Origin: Patescibacteria group bacterium
Lineage (GTDB): Bacteria; Patescibacteriota; Kazan-3B-28
Direction of reading: 5' to 3'
DNA length: 64,000 bases
NCBI GenBank assembly: GCA_041649135.1
Contig: JBAZNQ010000001.1
Location: 445,438-509,437, forward strand
Shown here: positions 57,645 to 64,000 of the stretch, in pieces
How the letters are laid out: each line of letters begins with the position of its first letter
Position numbering within the stretch: position 1 is the first letter of the stretch
Notes under the pieces: generated by a model
Told to the model about the DNA's origin: nothing
Database searches by the model: none
The model's input: only the letters and a program-made list of their open reading frames with translations
Program-made: the position numbers and the translations under genes

Positions 57645-58259
57645 CTACCTTCTCCGCCGCCGGTCTGCGAATGTCAGACTCAACAGGAGCGAAATCACGA
57701 TTATCGCTCCCAGAGCCACTACTAGAACTACCGAGCTCATCACAAAATGAGTAAACCCGACCAATACCCCAGTCAGCCATTTGCCTATCTCCGTGTCTGC
57801 CAAAAACCACACCAACGCGATTAGCCCACCCAGACCGATCATCATGCCTGCCAGCAATTTAGGATGGGTTTCCCAAAAATAATTCAAACCCGAGAGCCAC
57901 CGGTCAAACCAACCCCGCTCCTGCCAATCCCGTCCGATCATATCTAAAATCCCCTGTAACAATGATGCCGTAGCCTTGTTGGCATCGCTTTTTGTTACTC
58001 GGTGACCAACATCTTCCAAAATATGACGACAGACTTTTTCCGCCGCTAACACTCCCCGAATGTCTTTAAATAGTTCCTCCGCATTGTGGATCTTGTCTTC
58101 CGTGGTTTCCCCAAAACTCACCTCACTTAAAACTTGATGAAAAATTTTAAACGCTTCCAGCACCGCCATCGCCCATGATGCATCTTCTTTGCTGACTAAC
58201 AATTTGTCCACCCGCTTCCATTCGGTCTCAACCGAAATCGTATTTCTAGTTTCCTCCAT
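57645..58259 (-). CDS. Hypothetical membrane protein
   Basis: C-terminal TM segments and an RRRRR tail. Confidence 0.45.
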   Translation of the reverse strand: MEETRNTISVETEWKRVDKLLVSKEDASWAMAVLEAFKIFHQVLSEVSFGETTEDKIHNAEELFKDIRGVLAAEKVCRHILEDVGHRVTKSDANKATASLLQGILDMIGRDWQERGWFDRWLSGLNYFWETHPKLLAGMMIGLGGLIALVWFLADTEIGKWLTGVLVGFTHFVMSSVVLVVALGAIIVISLLLSLTFADRRRRR

Positions 58260-58277
58260 ATCCCCATTCCCCTTCTT

Positions 58278-58380
58278 GTGTCATTCTGGTCGCTTCTGCC
58301 GTACGGCAGAAGCGACCAGAATCTTATAATAATAACCCCATCTGTCATCCCGCCATACACTAGTGATGGCGGGATCCAAA
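58278..58380. repeat. Two hairpin-family elements. The first is a perfect 40-bp palindrome (ATTCTGGTCGCTTCTGCCGTACGGCAGAAGCGACCAGAAT); the second is GTCATCCCGCCA…TGGCGGGAT.
   Basis: Seen directly. Upstream of leuS. Confidence 0.7.
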
Positions 58381-60795
58381 TTAAACAAAATTAATAACTC
58401 TGTCCCTCACAAAAATATGTTTGCTGGCACCCTCCGCCACTTTCTTTAGTTTCTCGTTTTGGTTCACCGCCGTCAGAACTTCCGCTTCACTCGCCCCTGC
58501 CGACATTTCAATTGTTCCTCGTAGTTTCCCCTTTTCCTGCACCGCGATCACTACAACTTTCGCCCGCGCTTTTTCGGGATCAAATTTTGGCCAATCAGCA
58601 TCCGTTACACTACCTTGCTGTTGTAACACCACTTGCCATAGCTCCTCCGCCAAATGCGGAGCGAAAGGGTTCAGTAACTTCGCAAAATCTACCAGCCAGT
58701 TGGTACTATCATCCTTGCTCACCTCGTTCACAAATTCCATCATACTGCTAATCGCCGTATTGAATTTTAATTCGGTAATATCTTCAGTTACTTTCTGAAC
58801 CAAACCATGGATGGCATCATTGTCGCCTCCCTTTTCCCCGACCCGCTCACCAATAATTCGATACACCCGTTCCAAGAATTTCCGTACTCCCGAGATACCA
58901 TTCGTATCCCAAGCGATCGCTTGATCAAACGGCCCCATAAACATTTCATACATCCGTACGGCATCAGCTCCATACTGGTCAATTAGTTCATCAGGATTAA
59001 TCACATTCCCCCGACTCTTACTCATCTTTTCCCCATCTGACGCCAAAATTAACCCTTGATGCCGAAGCTTCAAAAACGGCTCATCAAAATCTAAATAACC
59101 TAGTTTGTGCAAAGCCTTGGTAATAAATCTGGCATATAACAAATGTCCGTTGGTATGCTCTGCCCCACCAATATATAAATCTACCGGCATCCAGTATTTC
59201 AAAGACTCTTTACTAGCAAATTTCGTCTCGTTTTTCGGATCGCAATACCGTAAGTAATACCATGACGAACAAACAAAGGTATCCATCGTATCCAGCTCTC
59301 GATGCGCCCCCTTGCCATACTTTTCTTCTACCCCAGCCTGAAAAGTTTTTGAGTAAGCAAGAGGCGATTCACCATGTGGCTTAAAATCAACATCACTCGG
59401 CAACATCACCGGCAAATCCCTTTCATCCACCGCCACCACCTCCCACTCCTCCCCGCCTTTAATTGGTGAGATTGGTGTAGATTGGCGAGATTGTTTAGAT
59501 TCCCCCGCTGGTCGATAGACCACGGGTATTGGTGCTCCCCAATACCGCTGACGCGATATCAGCCAATCGTGTAATTTGTACTGCACCGTCACCTTCCCGC
59601 CAAATTTCTTGGCAATTTTTGCTGCCGCCCCTTTGGAGTCTTGCCCATCAAATTCACCCGAATTCATCAGCTCGCCATGTCCGGCATAAAATTTTTCATC
59701 CGATCCAATAACTTGAACCACCGGCAGATCAAATTTCTTAGCGAATTCAAAATCCCGCTCATCATGCGCTGGCACTGCCATGATCGCTCCCGTGCCGTAA
59801 TCCATCAGCACATAATCCGCAACCCAAATTGGGATCTCTTTTTTCGTAGCTGGATTAATCGCCATCACCCCCTTCAGACAAACCCCACTTTTCTCTTTTT
59901 GTGTCTGACGAGTTAGTGTGTTCTTCCGTCTTGCTTGCTCAATGTAATTTTGTACTTCCTCAAGATTCTGGATGCTAGATGCCAACTGCTGGATCAACTC
60001 ATGTTCAGGAGCTAGCACTAAATAAGTCGCCCCGAACAGTGTATCTGCCCTCGTCGTAAACACCTTGACTCGCGACTCGTTACTCGCGACTCGAAACTCT
60101 ATTTCTGCTCCTTCCGACTTCCCGATCCAATTTCGTTGCCCCGTCTTGGTCGACTCCGGCCAATCTAATTTATCCAACCCCACCAACAGTTCTTCTGCAA
60201 AATCCGTGATCTTGAAAAACCATTGCTTCAGTTTTTTCTGTTCGACTTGGCTGCCGCATCTCTCACAACAACCATTCACCACCTGCTCGTTAGCTAACAC
60301 AGTTTGATCCTTCGGACACCAGTTGGCATAAGCTTCCTTTTGATAAGCCAGTCCGTTGTCATATAAAACTTTGAACACCCACTGTGTCCATTTGTAATAA
60401 CTTGGATCAGCCGTATTCACTTCTCTACTCCAATCGTAGGCAAACCCAAACGATTTCATCTGCTGCGTAAATCGGGCAATATTCTTTTTGGTCGTTTCTG
60501 CCGGTGGTTGTCCGATTTTAATCGCATAGTTCTCCGCCGGCAAACCAAAAGCGTCCCAACCAATTGGGTGTAATACATTGTAGCCCTTCATTCGATAGTA
60601 CCGCGTAAAAATATCTGTCGCCGTAATCCCCCGCGGATGTCCAGTATGTAACCCATCTCCCGATGGATAAGTGAACATATCCAACGCATAAAACTTATGC
60701 GCCTTGTCGCCATCTACTGCCTTAAAAGTCTGGCGCTCTTCCCAATACTTCTGCCACTTCGGCTCAATCTGTTTGTGATCGTATTTGTCTACCAC
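58381..60795 (-). CDS. leuS: Leucyl-tRNA synthetase
   Basis: HIGH-class motif (HTGHPRG) and KMSKS. 804 aa. Confidence 0.95.
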   Translation of the reverse strand: MVDKYDHKQIEPKWQKYWEERQTFKAVDGDKAHKFYALDMFTYPSGDGLHTGHPRGITATDIFTRYYRMKGYNVLHPIGWDAFGLPAENYAIKIGQPPAETTKKNIARFTQQMKSFGFAYDWSREVNTADPSYYKWTQWVFKVLYDNGLAYQKEAYANWCPKDQTVLANEQVVNGCCERCGSQVEQKKLKQWFFKITDFAEELLVGLDKLDWPESTKTGQRNWIGKSEGAEIEFRVASNESRVKVFTTRADTLFGATYLVLAPEHELIQQLASSIQNLEEVQNYIEQARRKNTLTRQTQKEKSGVCLKGVMAINPATKKEIPIWVADYVLMDYGTGAIMAVPAHDERDFEFAKKFDLPVVQVIGSDEKFYAGHGELMNSGEFDGQDSKGAAAKIAKKFGGKVTVQYKLHDWLISRQRYWGAPIPVVYRPAGESKQSRQSTPISPIKGGEEWEVVAVDERDLPVMLPSDVDFKPHGESPLAYSKTFQAGVEEKYGKGAHRELDTMDTFVCSSWYYLRYCDPKNETKFASKESLKYWMPVDLYIGGAEHTNGHLLYARFITKALHKLGYLDFDEPFLKLRHQGLILASDGEKMSKSRGNVINPDELIDQYGADAVRMYEMFMGPFDQAIAWDTNGISGVRKFLERVYRIIGERVGEKGGDNDAIHGLVQKVTEDITELKFNTAISSMMEFVNEVSKDDSTNWLVDFAKLLNPFAPHLAEELWQVVLQQQGSVTDADWPKFDPEKARAKVVVIAVQEKGKLRGTIEMSAGASEAEVLTAVNQNEKLKKVAEGASKHIFVRDRVINFV

Positions 60796-60861
60796 CCCTG
60801 TAGTGTACCAAAAGATAAGCCCTCCCGCCTTTTCAGACAGAATAGCCTAGTGTGTCCTACC

Positions 60862-61191
60862 CTAGTCTTTCTTCCCGCCCTTCCCGAATCCTTCGATCAA
60901 AAACATCACACCAACCAATAACGGTACACCTCCAATAACCAGACCGCCCCACCATTGTTCCTTAACAATCATCACCAAATAGAATCCTCCCAAAAGAACA
61001 AAAATCCAACCGCCAAATTTGGGCCACCTCCACGCCACGATCGTTACCGCCAACACCACTATGGCAATTAGCGCATGTGATAAAGAATCCTGCCAACCAA
61101 AATCAGGGCCCAATCCTTCCAAGATAAACGCGGACAGAAAAACAACCACTAAAATCGCCAATCCCCGAGGGAACCAATATAGAAATTTTTT
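60862..61191 (-). CDS. Small membrane protein (MKKFLYWF…)
   Basis: The C-terminal third of the longer ORF is hydrophobic with TM segments. The N-terminal part of that ORF looks like an out-of-frame GC-rich translation. Confidence 0.4.
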   Translation of the reverse strand, partial: KKFLYWFPRGLAILVVVFLSAFILEGLGPDFGWQDSLSHALIAIVVLAVTIVAWRWPKFGGWIFVLLGGFYLVMIVKEQWWGGLVIGGVPLLVGVMFLIEGFGKGGKKD

Positions 61192-61230
61192 CATATTTCT
61201 ATTATACCCCGCCCCACTGATGGCAAATAA

Positions 61231-61261
61231 AAAAACCGCCTTGGCTTGATAGCCTAGGCGG
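61231..61261 (-). terminator. Intrinsic terminator (CCGCCTAGGCT-ATCA-AGCCAAGGCGG plus TTTTTTT on the minus strand)
   Basis: 11-bp stem with one mismatch, plus a T-run. Confidence 0.6.
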
Positions 61262-61285
61262 AAGCAGTAGGTCTGCTTAGTCCTG

Positions 61286-61576
61286 TTAGTTTCCGTTCCC
61301 GAAGGAACCGAGCTCGATCCAGCCGGTGCGATGCTGGGTGTTGAAGTAGCCGTGGCAGTCTTCACGGGTTTGGTCAGCGGGACCAGCCATTCCTTTGAAT
61401 AGCCAGTTGTTGCCGCTACCGTCCTCTTTGGCCATTCCCAGGATCTCGACGATGAAATGCTGTCCATCATCACCGTAGAAGTTGACGGGACGGGCGTATT
61501 GCCCACAAGGGGCAAAGAGGGCGAGCATCATATCGCCAACTGAGGGACCGCGCTTGAGCTGAGTACGAGCTGCCAT
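61286..61576 (-). CDS. Hypothetical protein encoded in a GC-rich (~58%) island
   Basis: AGGAGGT RBS 5 nt before the ATG, with a terminator downstream. Composition is atypical for the locus. Confidence 0.45.
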   Translation of the reverse strand: MAARTQLKRGPSVGDMMLALFAPCGQYARPVNFYGDDGQHFIVEILGMAKEDGSGNNWLFKGMAGPADQTREDCHGYFNTQHRTGWIELGSFGNGN

Positions 61577-61835
61577 GTGGCACCTCCTGGTAAAGTACAC
61601 CCGAGAGCAGAGTCGGGATCACTCTCTTATTCCTTGCGGAACGTCCCCTATATAGGTTGGCTTAAGGATACCCCGTCCATAGGCTTTTGTCAAGCAAAAA
61701 TCCGCTCCCACAAAGGAGATTTTCTATAGCCGCAGTACTATTCGCTGCCGCTCAAGTACACGGCACTCACCACTTTTTATACTTTTAATATCGTTCATGG
61801 CGGCGCCATGAACCCGAACGAATGTGAGTGGTTCG

Positions 61836-61913
61836 TGGTGGACCGGATGGGATTCGAACCCACGACCTCCTCGATGCCATCGAGGCGCTCTAACCAGCTG
61901 AGCTACCGGCCCC
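61836..61913 (-). tRNA. tRNA-Ala (GGC) with a G3:U70 identity pair
   Basis: Manual fold: acceptor GGGCCGG/CCGGUCC, anticodon loop ATGGCAT, T-loop TTCGAAT, encoded CCA. Confidence 0.8.
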
Positions 61914-62599
61914 TAACCAACTAATTCTGGAAGAACTTTTGAGGCTTGAATTATATCGTTAAATATCTGGGCAGAAAAGTAGGCAATTCTACAAACGCCC
62001 TTGTAATCTGCTTTGAGAGTAGGTTTGCCAACAGTCCTAGGATCAATTAGTGCCTTATAGAAAAGTTCTCTCTTAATCCCAGTGATCTTGCTCCAAAAAG
62101 CTTCCAAAGTTGGCACATCGCTATCAGCACGGCATTGTAAAGTCACACGGAACTTACTTTCGTCTATGTCATAACATTGTCTAAGAACACTTAGAAACGT
62201 CTGAATCATCAAGGGATCGGAGTTGGAAAACATCAGATCTGCTCTCCCTTTACCCCCTTCCGCCCAGTAAAGACAAACCAAAAGAAGCTTCCGAGCCGCT
62301 AAATTGGTAAACAATGGTGAAAACAACTCTCTATTGCCGATTTGTAGTTCTTCAGCCTGAATTAATCTCTTTTTTCTTTTGGCTTCAGCACCAATAATTC
62401 TTGCCTTGGCTAAGTTTTCCCTAGACAACATTCTCACCCTGCAATGATACTCTTCATTCATTCTGATATCGGCAAGCCAATAGCTCAAAGTACCTTTGGG
62501 AACTTTGTGCTTAAGTCGTTCAGATATCTCGGTGTATGTCAGCCCCCGACCTCTTAGCTCGATTGCAGCTACTCGAAAATCTCGATACTTGTTTGCCAC
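61913..62599 (-). CDS. HTH-containing protein, possibly a LAGLIDADG-like homing endonuclease, abutting tRNA-Ala
   Basis: N-terminal HTH (LTYTEISERL) and a single LYWAEGGKG motif loosely resembling LAGLIDADG. Speculative. Confidence 0.35.
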   Translation of the reverse strand: MANKYRDFRVAAIELRGRGLTYTEISERLKHKVPKGTLSYWLADIRMNEEYHCRVRMLSRENLAKARIIGAEAKRKKRLIQAEELQIGNRELFSPLFTNLAARKLLLVCLYWAEGGKGRADLMFSNSDPLMIQTFLSVLRQCYDIDESKFRVTLQCRADSDVPTLEAFWSKITGIKRELFYKALIDPRTVGKPTLKADYKGVCRIAYFSAQIFNDIIQASKVLPELVG

Positions 62600-62744
62600 A
62601 CCTAAATTGTACTACAGAGATAGTACATGTGAAGTTTGGATTCCGCTTCTAACAATAATCCGACTTACAATCGACGTATCTCGCTACTCGCCCTCGCCAA
62701 CAGCCATCGCTCGTCCGAATATAACAATTCCCGCCCCTAGATGC

Positions 62745-62800
62745 TAGATGCTATATCACTCCCCCTAGTGGCTAGTGGCTAATCCCTAGTGGCTAAATTA
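62745..62800. repeat. Heptad-periodic array (TAGATGC x2 … TAGTGGC x3)
   Basis: Shares a 25-mer with the efp leader. Confidence 0.6.
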
Positions 62801-63199
62801 GACTTCTATCTTCTTGGCAATCTTGCCCAAAATCGGCATTTCCCACCGCTTCCCGCGGAATATTGAATAAACGCCGAACAAGCTCAATGCCACAAACAAT
62901 ACCCAAGCGACTGCTCCCAACATTGCCGTAACCCCCAAATTCATACTTGGGAACAGCGCCACAAAAAACGACTCCAGCATAAACAGCAAAAACCACGCTA
63001 TTACTTCAGCCCCGAACAATACTAATCCTTGCTTGGCATGAAAGTAAACTTCATCCTGATCATGTCTTAAAATCAACGGCACAATAAACAAAATCGACAT
63101 ATACGACAACGCCGCAAACACCTTATCCTCCCCACCCAAACCACGGTGGCGAGATTCATGTTGGTCAGACACAGGTTGGTTATTTTCTTCCATAATCAC
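62798..63199 (-). CDS. DUF4870-family small membrane protein
   Basis: KVFAALSYMSILFIVPLI…FHAKQGLVLF signature. Confidence 0.55.
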   Translation of the reverse strand: MIMEENNQPVSDQHESRHRGLGGEDKVFAALSYMSILFIVPLILRHDQDEVYFHAKQGLVLFGAEVIAWFLLFMLESFFVALFPSMNLGVTAMLGAVAWVLFVALSLFGVYSIFRGKRWEMPILGKIAKKIEV

Positions 63200-63206
63200 A
63201 AACTTA

Positions 63207-64000
63207 TTACTTTTGTCTCTCTAAATATACTCTTGCCTCCAAAATAATCAATGCCAGAGCTAGAAAGAACAATAACCGTCCCTGTTGGAACGACACCGAC
63301 CAATGGTCCAGCATTCCCGCCACCAAAATCACCACCAGCGGCGCTCCCACCCATAGGTTCTTCCAGTCCTGCCGCACCAATTTGAACCACAGCCACAACA
63401 CCACTCCCACTAGCCAGAGCCACAGCGTAATCCCAATGGCTCCATTTTCTGCGGTAATCAATAAGTAAATGTTGTGTATCGGCTTGTATGTCCAAACCAG
63501 CTGTTCCGGATTTAGCGCTATCATCGCTACGGTGTAGTTGCCAGTCCCCAGCCCCGCTAAGTCATGACCCGTCACCGCCTGCCCCCATGTCTGCAGTCCA
63601 ACAATCCGTTCGGTCACTGATTTTGTTTCTAGTGCTGAATCCAACTCAAACCTGCCCGCCACATTCGGCCACTGCCACCATAACCCCATGCTCACTACCA
63701 CTAACATAACGCCGATTACCCAACCGCCCGATCGCCAACTTTTTTGTGTCAGCACCAAAACCACCGCCACTAATAAACTTATCATTGCCAACCCCCACGC
63801 CATCCGCGAAAATGCCAAGACCAACCCCAGCCCGATGACTGTCGCCAACCCCAACACCACCACCCGATATTTTTTGCCAACTTTAACAAATAATTTTATT
63901 AGCGGGAACACACTTACCACCAACAATCCCGCCAACATATTCGGATGTGGTAGCAGTCCATAAGCCCGAATCTGCCGATGCGTCTCATCACCCACCACCA
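63207..64000 (-). CDS. O-antigen ligase/polymerase-like (Wzy_C) membrane protein, partial (the N-terminus lies beyond the window end)
   Basis: Polytopic, with a PIHNIYLLITAENGAIG motif resembling the Wzy_C HN…E.G signature. Confidence 0.5.
   Translation of the reverse strand, partial: VVGDETHRQIRAYGLLPHPNMLAGLLVVSVFPLIKLFVKVGKKYRVVVLGLATVIGLGLVLAFSRMAWGLAMISLLVAVVLVLTQKSWRSGGWVIGVMLVVVSMGLWWQWPNVAGRFELDSALETKSVTERIVGLQTWGQAVTGHDLAGLGTGNYTVAMIALNPEQLVWTYKPIHNIYLLITAENGAIGITLWLWLVGVVLWLWFKLVRQDWKNLWVGAPLVVILVAGMLDHWSVSFQQGRLLFFLALALIILEARVYLERQK

Noticed and set aside
57529-57810. 93-aa minus-strand ORF between dnaE and the 57645..58259 gene
   Set aside because: It overlaps the better-supported membrane-protein ORF and the 18-bp direct-repeat promoter region of dnaE. 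Its translation is low complexity.
60862-61515. Full-length 217-aa ORF
   Set aside because: The N-terminal two-thirds is S/T/P low-complexity and overlaps the well-supported GC-rich gene 61286..61576, which has its own RBS and terminator. Only the C-terminal membrane portion (60862..61191) is retained.

Overview
The window splits into two parts. Positions ~1-31,500 are an accessory/mobile region of mostly minus-strand small genes separated by a recurring family of conserved intergenic repeats. The rest is a syntenic core housekeeping block (a four-helix-bundle gene, rpoD, dnaG, rpsF-ssb-rpsR, efp, ychF, clpC, nusA, yraN, rnhB, rplS, dnaE, leuS). Gene content and style (small genes, ribosomal-protein extensions, many short hypotheticals) suggest a small-genome, CPR-like bacterium; this is an inference.

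The accessory region carries:
- two paralogous large serine recombinases, at 16.2 kb and 29.8 kb; the second abuts tRNA-Asn;
- a phage-like packaging module (ParB-N-fused DNA methyltransferase, small terminase, large terminase) with no structural genes, followed by three tandem tRNAs;
- a Type III R-M pair (mod/res) next to a DUF2779 nuclease;
- three NUDIX hydrolases, a ZIP transporter, a ccdA-DUF134 operon, a DUF3800 protein and many hypotheticals.

The most unusual observations are:
- a composite ~60-350 bp intergenic repeat family punctuating the unidirectional gene array, suggesting cassette-like accretion of integrative elements at tRNA-Asn;
- a pair of homologous structured inverted-repeat elements, one beside each serine recombinase (candidate att sites or sRNAs);
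- a palindromic iteron cluster;
- 7-bp-periodic heptad tandem repeats that directly abut the start codons of Shine-Dalgarno-less core genes (rpsF, ssb, efp, ychF), plus an 18x CTCTACT microsatellite;
- a four-helix-bundle gene flanked by inverted CCAAT heptad arrays, with a matching empty-site-like array next to tRNA-Ser.

All calls rest on reading the sequence and recognising motifs by eye; no database search was run.
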